Positions 43,152 to 57,709 of a stretch of DNA of 64,000 nucleotides are shown here, in pieces. Both the position numbers and the translations under genes were made by a program. Source of the stretch: the human T2T-CHM13v2.0 reference genome, Homo sapiens. Under the pieces are notes generated by a model, which was not told the origin of the DNA, did no database searches, and saw nothing but the letters and a program-made list of their open reading frames with translations. Each line of letters begins with the position of its first letter. Position 1 is the stretch's first letter. The stretch is from the NCBI RefSeq assembly GCF_009914755.1, contig NC_060932.1; one strand, written 5' to 3'.

Positions 43152-43598
43152 TGTGTTAGACCGAGTTCTCATCAGCAATATCACAAAGGAATCAGACTCT
43201 GGAACACAGATTGGGGTATAAGTGGTTTGTTGAGATCACCATCTATGGAGGGAGGGAGGGAAGTTAGGATAAGCCAGAGTGAGGAATTTAAATGTGAGAC
43301 ACTCTCAATAAAGCCCTCCACCAAATCCACAAGGAGCTTTGGAGCTAAGACGGCTTTTCAGAGTTGTCCCAGGGAAGCAAGGAGGCTGGACTTACCTTTA
43401 TTGGCTATGGGCTGCTCAGCAGGAGGGTATATAGTGGGGAGGTTAGTGTGAGTTCTTGGGTGAGGTGAATTTCATTGGCCTCAGTCAATCCTCGCAGAGG
43501 GACTTAGATGAGAACCTCCAATGCTCTCTGCAGCCAGAGTAATGAGGGCCTGGGTCCCAGTGGGGTGATCTGGCAGTGCTTCCACAATGGCCAGCACA
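43152..43598 (-). mobile_element. LTR16-family (ERVL) solo LTR
   Basis: 'cagactctg...aatccacaaggagctttggagctaagacggcttttcagagttgtccc...gatctggcagtgc...aca'. Confidence 0.75.
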
Positions 43599-45288
43599 AA
43601 TAGCTACCAAAGACCTGGGCTTAGTGAGAAGATCCTCCAGCTCTCAATTATGTGGAATATGTTAGGAGATAAAAATCAGTAAATTATGCAATCAGAAAGA
43701 ACACTTTTTAACATTTTATTTCTGGCAAATGCATGGGAGTGTAGATAAATAAAAAGTTGTGCTCTACGAGATGGCCCACTGATTTGCTTTCTATAGTTCC
43801 ACGAAAGCCTACATTTAAAGAATTTTTTTATAATTTTAAATGATACCTCTCCAGATCATGAAATACTGACTATGAACCATGACTTTTTTAAAGTTCTGTT
43901 TTTGTGATTTTTTTAATCCACTACCCCTATGCTTTCACTCCACTGCCCACCTCCTTTTTAATTCCAACTGAGATGGCTGCCCCTCCTCCCTTCTCTATGT
44001 CAGCCCTGTTATAAAATTAGGGCTAAAAATGCTCGCAATGAAATTTTGTCAATGAACTGCAAAAGCAGAGTGGTGAGCAGTGTAATCATCAAACCACCAC
44101 TCCTTGCACCTGACACTCCTTATCCAAGTTCTCTCCAGTGTCCTGTCCTCTGTTTTAGAAAAGCTAGCTGGTATGGGCCCTGCACACTGGTCATCTCAAG
44201 CCTCAGGTGTTGATTTGCACTAAGCCATATCATAACACCATGCAACAGACAGAGCAGGCAAAGAGGTGGAAATGCTTCCAGTGAGTCGAACAGAGCCACG
44301 TGGAGAGCTCTGATTAGAGGTCATTGCCATGTAGCCCATGGCTAAGTCCTTCCCCATACCCTCAGTCACTAGCTCAAGTAATTTACAGCAATAATGGCTG
44401 AAATAATAGACAGAAGATTCAGGAAATAGGCATTGGAAAGAATGTATTAAATACAGCTAAATAACTCCTTGCTTTCTCTTGCTTTGGAAACCATGGAATA
44501 AATGAGTGTTCTCTTGCATTCCTTAGCATCTGTACTTCTTCACAGAACAATAGCTTTCTGCTCAACTAAGAAAACAAATCCTCAATTCGAAGCTAAGAAA
44601 ACACTCACTTCAAATTCATTTTTTTGAATAAAGCATAGTTTTGGCCAAGCTTATTTTTATAAACAAAAATATGCATAAAAAGTATTCTGAACTACATGAA
44701 TTCATAATTGTAAATCCTACAATATATTAAACATATTTAATCAACTCAGTTGTGTTCATTCTCAGAGGAAAAGTTATAGTACCTGGCTTTGAGAGTCAAC
44801 ATATGTTCAAACATTTTTATGATACTATTTTCATAAAGCCCAAGTATGAATTACTAATCTAGTTGCCTTGGAGGGAAATGGATGAATAGCTGAGTATGTT
44901 ATAAGGATTGACAAGGCTCTGGACTAAGCAAACTTCTCATACAAAGAACAAGATGGGAATAATTCTACATTGGAAGATCTGCTTTGTGTTGAGTAGTTAC
45001 ATGAATTCCTTCTCTGCTGTATAAATCAGTTTCTTAATTACCATGCTTAACTCCTGGCAACTCGAGCTATTTTGTCTTCTTTGGATTATCTAGAATGGGA
45101 GTTAAATGGTGAACTTTTCATTTTTTAATGTTCTACATTAGTGTAATTTAATGAAGTTAATCTAACTAGCCCTATTTTTCCTAGAATATTTCATCTTCTT
45201 ATTGATATCTTCCTTTTTACTAATCAAGAACCTTTTCAAGTTTGAAAATCATGTTTCTAAAAGTTAAGCAATTAATGCTATTTTAGTA

Positions 45289-45321
45289 ACACACACATAC
45301 ACACACACACACACACACACA
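45289..45321. repeat. (CA)n microsatellite
   Basis: Directly visible. Confidence 0.95.
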
Positions 45322-45814
45322 TGACTTCCCTAGATATTTTTATTCAGAAACATTTCATTTTCCTAATTGGATCAACACTCAGTAACATAAAATCTGCTCT
45401 AGTAACCATGAAAAAAAGGAAACAGGTTAAGAACATTATATCAATTTAGACTAAGAAAACGGATATTTATTTCACATTATGGTGGCCAACACATAACTAT
45501 ATAACTTTATTTAATTACAGGATAAATGTCAAATGGATAAAATGTATAGACACTTTATACATTGTATAAATTGTCTATAAATGTATAGATTCTTTTTTCT
45601 GAAAAGAAAAAAAAAATCATCTCTCTAAAATTATTGTAACCATTTCAAAAATAACAATCTGATGAAATCAGTGCTGCCTTAAGGCCTTTGTGAAAAGTTC
45701 AAGGGTATTTTCAGGGGCTCTGCATATCACAAGCCCATGCACATAATAAATATATTCAAGTGTATGTGGATATCTTGGTCAATTCAGAATTCAACATGCA
45801 GTGCAACCCACAAC

Positions 45815-46014
45815 CATTGGTGTTCTGATGTTTAAGAACCTGCTCAACTGGTTGAGGGGACCCAATTTATAATGTGTGCAGATTCCCAAGGTGTAAATAC
45901 TCTCCCTATGGCCAATTTCAAGCTCCCAATGTGACATTACAACCTCAGAGTCAGAAAAGATGCTCTCAGTGGATTCTTCAAAGCCCACGTGAGTCAGCTC
46001 CAATGTACCAGTGC
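45815..46014. mobile_element. MER63A-like (hAT-Blackjack)
   Basis: 'ggtgtaaatactctccctatggccaatttcaagctcccaatgtgac'. Confidence 0.78.
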
Positions 46015-46083
46015 CTGTGACTCTAACCATCTCCTTATGTGACTAACAGCCAGGTCGTCTCCACATCTTTTGCCATGTGTCTA

Positions 46084-46437
46084 TGTATTAGTTTGTTCTC
46101 AAGCTGCTAATAAAGACATACCCTAGACTGGGTAATTTATAGAGAAAAGAGGTTTAATGGACTCACAGTTCCACATGGCTGGGGAGGTCTCACAATCATA
46201 GTGGAAGGCAAAGGAGAAGCAAAGGCTTGTCTTACATGGCAGCAGTCAAGACAGCTTGTACAGGGCAACTCCCATTTATGAAACCATGTGATCTCACGAG
46301 ACTTATTCACTACCATGAGAACAGTATGGGGGAACCACCCCCATCTTTCAATTATCTCCACCTGGCCCCACCCTCGACACATGGGATTATTACAATTCAC
46401 AGTAAGATTTAGGTGGGGACACAGCCAAACCCTATCA
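46084..46437 (-). mobile_element. THE1 (THE1C-like) solo LTR
   Basis: 'tgtattagtttgttctc...gctgctaataaagacatacc...ggggacacagccaaaccctatca'; perfect 5-bp TSD GTCTA (46079-46083, 46438-46442). Confidence 0.95.
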
Positions 46438-48938
46438 GTCTACTAAACTAAAGGTGACTACCAAATCTTATGAAATTTTCAGTGTTGAATTTCTGACAGT
46501 GTCAGCGACAGATTATGCTTTGGAGTGTGTGGAAGATTTGACAGGTGGAAATTTTTAGGTAAGAAAAAAGATAAATTAATTTGTCAAATCTTTTTTTCTG
46601 ACCACTTGAATGCAATAGCTTCTTGCATAAGAACATTTAATAATTTGAGCAAAAATAACATAAATTAGTGATTCTGCTCAAAATAATAAGTTTTGTAGAA
46701 TAGATTCATAACTTATAAATTATGTATGTTTTATTCGATTACTCATCCAGATATCATTAGCCCATCAACAGAACATTCAGGCAAGCACAAGAATAACTTC
46801 AGCCATCTTTGATGTTTTGACAAATTTCAGTCATATTAATAGTGTAATTTTGCACATTTATTTTGTCATATTAAGTACATTTGTCAAGATAGAAAGCTAA
46901 AATATATTTTATTTAACAGGTTAATTGATTTGTAACCTTAAATATTTGAACATTACTAATTAATTGGCTATGTTATTTATAAAATTGCTTTTCAGTATTA
47001 TATTTATTATGCAAAGGGACCACCAGTTATTCTTTTCAAATTTTTTAAAAATTGTCAAGTATAGTAAAAATATGTAATTAGAAATTTAAATTTGAATTTT
47101 TGAAGCAAGTTGTATTTTTCTCTCAAAATTGAATAAAGCCTGGTTATTGGTTATACATGTTGTCATTTAAGTATTTATATTGGAAACCAGATTAATGACT
47201 GGAACCAGATTAAGGACTTTGAAGACAGGAAGCAATACTTTTACTTTCTTCAAGACTTTCTGAATTCCCAACTCGTCTCTCTTAAAAATCTTTACTTAAA
47301 GACTATGTATTTTCTTAATTGAGCCTAAGTTTAAATCGTGGTTCTACAACATACCTCAAATCAAATAAATAAACTTCCCTGAGTCTTAAATATCGTATCT
47401 GAAAATGGGAAATAAGGATAGTACATATGCATGTATCTGCACTGTGGCTTGGTGTTTCAAGAGATAATATGTTGCAGCATCTAGCATGAGCTGGACCTGC
47501 ACTAAATGTTTGCTGCCTTCTCATCTCTGGAATATGGTTTCTACAGGAATCACTTAGCAGGTGTTCATAGTCCAATGTTACTGTTTAATTAGATTTTGAT
47601 CCATGGAAGACAGGGACTATGCCTCATTCAGTTCTAACTCTCTTGCCCTAAAGCCTGGTGTCTGGTATGTTTTCCAATGTTGGACAATGTCTACACCTTA
47701 AGCATAAATCTGTTATGCCATATGTTTGCGTTGTGGAAACCCAAAAAATCAATCTATGTGTAGGCAATGTAAGTGCTTACTAGGTGATGTGATTCGAAGT
47801 CGTCCAGGAAGTACTGTTTAAAAAAAAAATCCAATTCCACATCTCACATTTTGTTATTGGAATTTAATTGCTTTCAGATTTTCTTGCTTTGGTCTTCTTT
47901 TAATATGTAAATAATCTTAAGAAGTTAAACAAATTATTCTTTTAGAGGATACAAGGACAATAGAACCAGAGGCTGGTAGAGAATTAAACCCAGGGCAAAG
48001 AAGAGATTTTTGCAACATTTTGCCAAAACGAACTCTAGGTGCTTGCATTTGATGACTGTAAATGACTTATCATACAGACCTTTCACAGTTTGTAACACCG
48101 AGATTTTAAAAAATAGATATTACACTTTGGAAGTCATAGTATTTTTTAGCATTTCAAACAAAAACGAGTCGTTTGTACGCTGTATTTTTGTTCCCACACT
48201 GCAACCATTATATGCTGCTCCATCCTTCCAGAGCCATAAAAAGAAGTTAAAAGAAATAACTTTTCATCCTCACTCATCACTCTCACTTTCATCCTATATA
48301 GAAATGCAAATCAAGCAAGAAGATGAAAAATTTAAGACATAGACTATCTGCCAAGATCTGGACAATCACAAAAGTTAAGTGGGAAATGATAGAATAAATG
48401 AAGTGAATGCAAAAGTTCTTTGTCTTGGTGAGGAAGAGATGGGTAGAGAGAAAAGCTGGGGAGTGATGGGGTGGGAGAGGGGCCATATGTAACACATATG
48501 TTACAGAAAAAGTCAAACATGTTTAAAATCAGTTCATTTAAACCCACATATTAAACTGTATTTGATCTCACTTTATTAAAGTTGTTGATGTCGTTTCTTG
48601 AGTTATTTAAGGCAAAGTCATTAGAGACCATCCTTGGTATACTCTACACAATGGGCAACCAAGTTTTGGCAAGGAATGGACCCATTAATGTCACTGGGAG
48701 TGGAAGTATCTTACAGCAGGACCATGCTGATTCCTCAAGGATGGAGTGGTCCTCTGGTGTAGAAACACGGTCAGCCATCTAGAATGTGCTGTTTTGTACA
48801 CATAGCCTATTTGTCAGTTTAGTGTCTACATAGAAAACTATTATCTTTGTTTTGCTTCCCTGATATAATCTAGTCTTAAGAGATTGTTTCAAGCCCGTAA
48901 GCATAAAAAAAAAATTCTAAAAAGTTCCTGTGTGGGGT

Positions 48939-49331
48939 TGCTATGATTTGAAGTTGTCCCCCATAAAAGTTCATACGTTAGAAACTTGATCCCCAAGCAG
49001 CACCGATGATGGGTAGAACATAAGAAGAGGTGACTGGGCCATAAGGGTGGAGCCCTTGTGAATGAATCAATGTTGTTATTGCCAGAATGGGGTAATTATC
49101 ATGACAGTTGGTCAGTTGGTTGTCATAAAGTGAGCCTGACCCCTGGTCTCTCTCTCTCTCTCTCTCGTGCTTACTTCTGGCTTCTGCCTTTCTGCCATGG
49201 GATGACCCTCACCAGATGTGGGCCCCTTATCCTTGGACTTTCCAGCCTCCAGGACTGTAAGAAATACATTTTTCTTTGTAAAACACCCTCAGTCTGCGGT
49301 ATTCTGTCATAGCAACACAAAGCAAAGACAG
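48939..49331 (+). mobile_element. MST (MSTD-like) solo LTR
   Basis: 'tgctatgatttgaa...gaaacttgatcccca...ttggactttccagcctccaggactgtaagaaata...tattctgtcatagcaaca'. Confidence 0.85.
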
Positions 49332-49679
49332 GGGATAACCAAGAACAGGAATGTAGAACTTGGTCTGGTACTTAACTCTCAATTTCTTTGCTTATTTCAT
49401 CAAAGTAGATAATCTGGAAGAGTGGCTAGAGAATCTAAAGGTGGTATATGTTTTCTATTGTAAAATTCTACGTAAAATAACAACTACTGATATAGCCTCT
49501 TTATGATTTTCAATGCACTTCCACAGACATTGCCTCATTCAGTCCTCACAACAACCCTGCATGGTATCAAGAAATGTTTTCTTTTGCAGATAAGAAAATG
49601 AAGATTAAAAAAAATGATTTGGCCATAGCCATATGATAAACAGGAGTCAAGGAATGAAGTAGTCAAGCCCAGTTTGTTT

Positions 49680-50030
49680 CTTTTCTTTTCTTTCCTTTTT
49701 TTTTTTTTTTTTTGACACTGTCTTGTTCTATCTCCCAGGCTGGAGTGCAGTGGCACAATCTTGGCTCACTGCAACGTCTGCCTGCCTTGGCCTCACAAGT
49801 AGCTGGGACCATAGGCACACACCACCAGGAGGAAGAGCAAATTCGCTCTTTTCTTGGCCTGGGACATCCATCTTCTCCTGCCTTCAGACATTGGGAATCT
49901 TGGTTTTGGGAATTACACCATTGGTTTTTCTGGTTCTCTAGCTTGCAGATGACATATGTGGACTTCTCACCCCACATAATGATATCTGCCAATTCCCATA
50001 ATAAATTTTCGCTTAGATAGATATATAGAG
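49680..50030. mobile_element. Minus-strand Alu right-arm fragment (49680-49826) joined to an MLT2 LTR fragment (49830-50030)
   Basis: Alu 'cccaggctggagtgcagtggcacaatc'; MLT2 'gggacatccatcttctcctgcc...agcttgcagatg...ccaattcccataataaa'. Confidence 0.8.
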
Positions 50031-50426
50031 AGAGGTAGATTTTTTTTCACTTTATGTATATATTTTTATGGCCTGAGGGGGCCAGGAGAATAAAAATCAT
50101 CTCACTTTCCCACACAGGCCTGCATGGTCAGGCATGTACAAAGGGCATGTAGCCATGCTTTCCAGTTTGCAAAGGGCAGCTCTGGTTCTAAACACTTAGG
50201 AATAGTGTACCTTTCACTCTCAAACTGTCCTGAATTGAACAATAAATTGTTCCCTTAGGACCAATCAAGGCAAATCTACCTCTGCATATGCTGAGGATAA
50301 GCGAAGGCATTTTCCTCCCTTTGCAAATCCATCAAAGGACCTTCCTTTACAAGGTTCTATCAGCCTCCCATCATAAAGATGTTTGCTCATTATTCAGAAG
50401 CTGGTGCACTGATAAACTGGAATATG

Positions 50427-50635
50427 TTTTTTTTTTTTAAGAGAGTATCTCCCTCAGTCGCCCAGGCTGGAGTGCAGTGGTGTGATCATGGTTCACTGCA
50501 GTCTTGACATTTTGGGCTCAAGCAATCCTCCCACATCAGACTCTTAAGTAACTGGAACCACAGGTGTGCACCACCATGCCTGGCTAATTTTTTATTTGTT
50601 GTAGAGACAGGGTTTTGCTCTGTTGCCCAGGCTGG
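50427..50635 (-). mobile_element. AluJ, 5'-truncated
   Basis: 'gggctcaagcaatcctccc', 'tttgttgtagagacaggg'. Confidence 0.9.
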
Positions 50636-53600
50636 AATTGTGTATGTTTATAGCAATTTGATTAACTGTGATCATGAAGGCAAAGGGGTGCCTATAATCT
50701 AAAATGGCATGCTTTTCAAAAGTCATTCATATTTGACTTTGAAATTCATCTTTTTATCCTGTTGCAGTGCAGCTATTTTCACATTACGTTCTGCTTTGGC
50801 GAGAGTATCCCAGATGCCAATCCACAAGAGTTCAGAGTCCCATGACATAGTAATAGCTGTTCTTTGAAAGCTGTTTGTTTATTATGTTTGAGAAAACCCA
50901 TGGCAAATAAGATTCTAAAATAAATAAGTATAAAAGCATTTAATATTCTTATGTGGCCCGTGCATCTTTGGGAATGAAGAGATAGGTGATATGAAATGTT
51001 TACCAAATTGACTTGACCATGGTACAGAGCTGGAAAACAGTGGCTTAGGCTCACGTTTATGCTATTATAAAATAATTTTAATACTGTTTTATATATTAGT
51101 TAGCAAACTTTTTAATTGATTTTAATTTCCCAAATACACACTAGCTTAGTGTTGATGTTGTTAACAACAAATCATTAGGTTGGGTGACAAGAGTGTTTTG
51201 AACTAAAGTGGAAAACCTGTCCTGTGAAATTCACCTAGGAAATTCTGGGAAATCTTAGCAGGAAGAGATGTAATCTGTAATCTGCCATCTGTAATCCGTA
51301 GTCACCGCATGAAGAATTAATTGTTTAGCTTTCTACTTAAAAGATGTCCCTTACAAATTATTCTGCTAACATTAAGTGCTACATGGAGGACAGCAATTGA
51401 CTGAAAGGATTGAGAGGCAAATTACTACTGTCTTACCTTCAAATTTGAAAATGAAGTCAGGTTCAGAACGAATATAATTTATTTGTACTAATGTGCATGC
51501 CTGCATGCACTTGTGTGTGTGTGTGTGTGTGGCAGGGTAGCACCTTGTACAAGCCTCAGTTTTGTAGTATGTACCGCACTGTGATAATTGCTGTTGTTTT
51601 TGTTGTTGTTGCTCCCAACAAGTTAACAATAGATTGTCTTTTTTTCATCTCTGTAATCCCTAAAACCTATGCCAGTGTTTTCTACAAAAGCACATAGATT
51701 ATGTGAATATGCCAAGAATCTCAAAAGCATTTTTAGGACAAATAAGATCACTAATCCTTTTTATTTATTATTTATTTATTTGCTTGTTTTCTTGTTAGTA
51801 ATTTCTGATCACAAAGATGACATGAATTTTCAATATATGTACAACCAAGTCCTCCTTCCTGTTAGGTTAGTTTTTATTCATTTGGTAAAGAAAACTTGTC
51901 TTCTACAAATATTTATTATATTGATATCTCACTTATTTGAGGGTCTTTGCTGGTATATACCTTGTAACGGGGTATTTTAGTTTTCAATAACTGACTTTCC
52001 TTGGGGCCCAGGAAAACTGTCTTGTTCTAAATTAATCTTCCCAGCTGCAAAGCTAAGAAAACTCTGTTAAGATAGACACCTCTTTAGTTTTTGTTAAGTT
52101 TTATTTTTCCATTGAGCAATTTAATATATGTCATCCCAAGTGAATTAGAACTTTTTATATTTATATTTATATTTTCCTATCCAATCCCTTTTGGTGTAGT
52201 ATATTATTTCTATTTTCGTCAGTTATTAAGTTTAACTGACCACACTTGAATCTTCTAAGTACCACCTCATGTTATTTTTAGAATGAGGCTAGACATAAAT
52301 AGATGGACAAAATAAACAGAACAGGTAAAAATTCTTAAATATTTTTCTTATTAAAACATTTTCCAATGAATTGTGCAATTACCCTTGCTCTCTCTTTCTC
52401 AGATATATGATAGCATCTTTTGAGACTTTCTCTAGAAATCATATTTGTATAATGACAAACATAATACGAAATCTAAATGTGAAACATTTACTCATTTGTG
52501 GCCAATTCAGACATTTGCTTATGTTCAGTTTAGCTTGAAGAGATTATTTTGAACTTTGAGTTTCTGGGTTTTATAATTTTTTGATTTAATTTTCTGCTTA
52601 CTTAAGATAATAACAATAATAATCAGGGGAGTGGTATTAGAGTTGTAGTACTTTGTGATGATTGCATTACATGTATTCTTTCATTTAATTCTCAAAACAA
52701 TTCTATGAGATAGATGCTATTATTGTTTTATTTTATAGATACAAAAGATGAAGCTATGAGAATTTAAGTAGCTTTGTCAAAGTTATCCAGTTGGAAAGTT
52801 ATGGAGCCAGTGATTAAATCTCTGACCCCAAGCATATACTATAAACCTTAACAAATATTATTTTTATATTGATTCAAGTACCAATGGTGAGACTTTTAAA
52901 ATGATGTTTTAAAGAATAATTCATTAAGCTTACTTTACTTTTTACTGTCTCAAAGATAGCATTCTTGGCTCCTAAAAAATATTAAACCATTTGATGTTTA
53001 TAAATTGTGAGGGAAACGTTTTAATTAGCAAGATCCTTTTACTAAACAGAGGAATTGAAGTCAAATTTTTCTTCCCCAATAAAAAAGGAATTAAATTGAA
53101 AAATTGTTCTTCTATAAAAAATTCAGAACAAAATGGCTCATAAGAACTTATTATATTATATATAATATTATATTATAATAATATATTGCTAAATTGGTTG
53201 CTTACAAGATTTTTTTTTAAATTCAGCTGAGAACAGTTTAATTTTTCCATCAAACACTAACGCTAGCTGGGTTTGGAGTTTTCCTTTGGCAAGGAAATTG
53301 GATTAATGTTTTAGAGCCCTAGGGTTTGGCAGTAGGTGGATTCACTATCATGTTTACATACTAGGTCCTTGAATTTTTTTTTTTTTGAAAAAGGAATAAA
53401 ATCTAATGCACTATAATCTGGAAACTCCTGTAGATAGATATAGCCCAGGAAAGTCAAATATATTCCGATGAAAACAAAATTCTCTGTAACCAAAAGATAA
53501 CATTTTAAACCCTCAAAGTTTCTATTGTATCAAGTGCCTTCCCCTACATCTCCAAGTGAGCAGTACCCCGAATGTAGAAAATACGGTTTCCCTATTTTTG

Positions 53601-54278
53601 TTGCCCTTGGAATATTATGCCTGCCAGTCTGTGACTTACGCATTTTAGGCTTAGGAAGTAAAAGAAATAAAATGTGTCAGACTCTAATATTTAACAATTC
53701 TTTCAATTCTGATGAAGTATCCAACATTATTTACTATGCAGTTACTTTTACTGATATGCTTATCACGTTTTTTGTGTGTGGTACTAGAATGTTCAAGTAG
53801 TGTGGCAAAGGCAGGGCTGGAGGGATAATACAGGTAGAGTGTCACTGTATTTGACCATTTCATTCTTGAAATTCTCCCACACTTTCTAATTAGGAACATC
53901 AACTCTTCCTACACTAAAGGAACTTAGAGCTCATAGTGTCCAACTCCTTAGACTTATGAGAAAACTTACCACTGGTAGTTCTCTTCAAGTGCCCAAAGTC
54001 AAACAGGAAATGGAAAAACCAGAATTAACTCCAAATCCCATCTTCTTTCCACTACACTGTTTCTATGATTAATCTGCCTCTTTTTCCATTACTGGCTTCT
54101 CTTCATCTTCATGCTGCCTAACTGAGGCTAGCCTGAAAAATCTGACTTTCAAGTCTTTTCTACAAAGATGATTACATACTCTGAGTCTTCCAATTATCAA
54201 ATGTGTGTGTTCACTCCAAATCTATACTTCTTATGCCTTTTGACACCTAAACCATACTTCAGCTGAATGATCTATACC

Positions 54279-54651
54279 ATCTTAGTTCATCTTGTGCTGC
54301 TATAATAGAATGCCACAGACGGGTAATTTACAAGGAAAAAAATTTATTTCTCAAAGTTCAGGAGTCTGGGAAGACCAAAATTGAGTTGCCAGCACCTGAC
54401 AAGGGCCTTTGTGCTATGTCATCCCACTGTGTAAGGTGGAAGGAAAAAGAGAGGGTGAGAGAGGGAGCAAGAGAAGGCCAAACATATCCTCTCATCATGA
54501 ACCCACTCCTGCAATAATGGCATTAATCCATTTATGAAGGTGGTGTACCCATGACCCAAACACTTCCTGTTTAGACCCCACCTCCCGACATTGCCATACT
54601 GGGGATCAAGTTTCCAACACATGAACTGGGGAGCACATTCAAAGTGTAACA
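54279..54651 (-). mobile_element. MST (MSTC/D-like) solo LTR
   Basis: 'tcttagttcatcttgtgctgctataatagaatgccacagac...ggggatcaagtttccaacacatgaact...acattcaaa'. Confidence 0.85.
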
Positions 54652-54656
54652 ATACC

Positions 54657-54958
54657 AGCTGGGCACAATGGCTCACGCCTGTAATCCCAGCACTTTGGGA
54701 GGTTGAGGTGCCTGGATCACTTGAGGCCAGGAGTTTGAGACCAGCCGGGCCAACATGGCAAAACCCAATCTGTACTAAAAATACAAAAATTAGCCTGGTG
54801 TGGTCATGGGCACCTGTGATCCTAGCTACTCAGGAGGCTGAAGCATGAGAATCCCTTGAACGCAGGAGGCACAGGCTGCAGTGAGCTAAGATCACACCAC
54901 CGCACTCCAGCCTGGGCAACAGAGCAAGACCCTGTCTCAAAAATAAAAATAAAAAAAA
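54657..54958 (+). mobile_element. Alu (old S/Jb-like)
   Basis: Full dimer; TSD TAACAATACCA (54647-54657, 54959-54969). Confidence 0.95.
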
Positions 54959-55150
54959 TAACAATACCAATTCATGGAACTTAGCATGTGGAAAACTGAG
55001 AGCATTATTTTACTCCTCAAATCAGCATTCCTTCCTACCACATTTTACTGCTAATTTTATCAATACTTCCCTAGTCCCTTAAATTGACAACTTGGAGAAC
55101 TTAAAAAATGATGCTATTTGGGGAACTATAGCATGAGTTAAGTTGGCAAA

Positions 55151-55445
55151 TACAAAAGTCCCCCTGTAAGCGAAGGTTTTGCTTCCTGAGCTTTCAGTTA
55201 TCTGAAGCCAACCAAGATCTGAAAATATGAAATGAAAAGTTTCAGATATAAATGATTCATAAGTTTTAAATTGTGCACCATTCTGAGTAGCATGATGAAA
55301 TCTCACAGAATACCACTTCATCCCTCCCATTACTGTACAGCAAAAAAAAAAAAAAAAAAAAAGTATAGTGTACACAGGATCTGGTACTCTCTGTGGTTTC
55401 AGGCATCTCCTGGGAGTCTTGAAATGTATCCCCACAGTTAAGATA
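55151..55445. mobile_element. MER44A-like (Tigger7 MITE)
   Basis: 'attcataagttttaaattgtgcaccattctgagtagcatgatgaaatctc...ggtttcaggcatc...gtcttgaaatgtatcccc'. Confidence 0.85.
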
Positions 55446-55558
55446 TGTGTAATCTTCAAAATGTTATGTTATAAATAATAATGTACCAAAAAATTGAAAA
55501 TGGTTTCCCACATACCACAAAATAAATCCATAAGTTCTTTCCAAAAAGTTTTCCATAA

Positions 55559-56191
<633 letters not shown>

Positions 56192-56321
56192 TAATTAGAA
56201 AAGGAAGGCTATAGGTGGGAGTGAGCAAAGAGAGATGAAATTAATAGCAGAGTGAAGACAATGTGGCAGACTAAAAAAGAGCATTAAGGTTTGAAGCTAG
56301 ACAAGCCTGGATCTTCATATA

Positions 56322-56323
<2 letters not shown>

Positions 56324-56370
<47 letters not shown>
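56324..56370. repeat. (TG)n microsatellite (~23 units) within a MIR
   Basis: Directly visible; MIR-like sequence flanks it at ~56255-56460. Confidence 0.95.
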
Positions 56371-56372
<2 letters not shown>

Positions 56373-56571
56373 CTTCTATAAAATCAGGATATTAACTGCA
56401 CTGGGTTGCTCTGAGCATTAGAATAAATGCCAGGCACACAGTAGGCATTCCATGATAATAACTACGGTTGTATTTATACAAATACTGAAAACATTCACTT
56501 TGCATCAGGTACTATGCTAAGGAATTTAAGTATATTAGCTCAATTAATCCTCAAAAAACAACCTTCCAAGT

Positions 56572-57071
56572 TGTCATAGAATATACTGCTCATTGTTCCC
56601 CAATAGTCATTTTCCCTTCATTCATCTAGTAAGAACTCCCCTACCCCAAGTTTTGTCTAGAGATGTGGATGCCCGCCACATTTCCCAGGCTCCCTTGCTG
56701 CTAGATATGGGCATCTAAACTCCAACCGAGGGAACACAAGTGGAGGTGACATAGGCAACTTCCTGGACATATCCTTCATGAAGAAATTATTTGCCCTCTA
56801 CTTCCACTTCCCCCATCTCCAATGAGCTGTGGTATGACATGGCCACAGTTGGTGGAATAAGGACAACATTCATGTTGGTGGTAAAATAATGAGAGAGGAG
56901 AAACCTGGTTCTGAGATGACCTTGCAGAGCAGAGCTGTCTACCTATCCTGGACAACCTCCTCCCTCTCACTTGCTCAATGAGAAAGAAGTAAGCATTACC
57001 GTGTTGGAGCTGATTGATATATTTGAGGGAGTCTCTTTGTGATAGCAGCTTAGCCTATGGCCTCATTAATA
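56572..57071 (+). mobile_element. MLT1J-like solo LTR
   Basis: 'acatttcccaggctcccttgctgctagat...aagtggaggtgacat...aaacctggttct...tttgtgatagcagc'. Confidence 0.75.
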
Positions 57072-57709
57072 AAGGTAGGTACTGCTATTATCTAGATTTT
57101 ACAAATAAGAAATCTGCTATCAATGCAAGAAACTTTGGGAAAGAAAAAGATAAAGCAAAGTACATTTATGTCTCAGAAGAGCATTTCTGAATCTGTGAGG
57201 AGGGAGAATACTGGGGCTTGCCCAAACAGGAAGATAGAGTCGAGCCAGGCAGCTCAGATACTTGTGAAGCTGTGACATGAAGTCAGCACAAGGGTAGCTT
57301 AACAGGGAAGGAGACATAAGAACCATCTTTGTGTGCCAGTCTCCCTCACTGAATTGCCCCCTGAGCAGAACAACAAGCTTTTAGTCGTGTTCGTACTCAG
57401 CTCCTCAGTTAATTTGAGTACCTGCAGCTGCGATGATGAGATTCAGTTAGAGAATTTAACATTACTCCATATCTGGTAGCCAAATTCTGTCCTCATCTAT
57501 ACTCACCTTTTCCAGCAAGCTGGATTTGCTTGCATTCAGTCTCACTGCCAGGAGATTTTGTTCTTTGGTGGAGACATCAACAAAGGGGATTATGAGAGAA
57601 TCTTAGAAGATTGTCATGTAAATGTGCCTCCCAGAAAATAGATCCCATTATGCCTAAGAGGTCTTCCAGACCACTCATCACGTGCTCAGCAAACCTTTAT
57701 TGACTGGCA

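Noticed and set aside
53147-53187. AT-only quasi-palindrome
   Set aside because: Low-complexity TA/TTA decay; symmetry is expected by chance.
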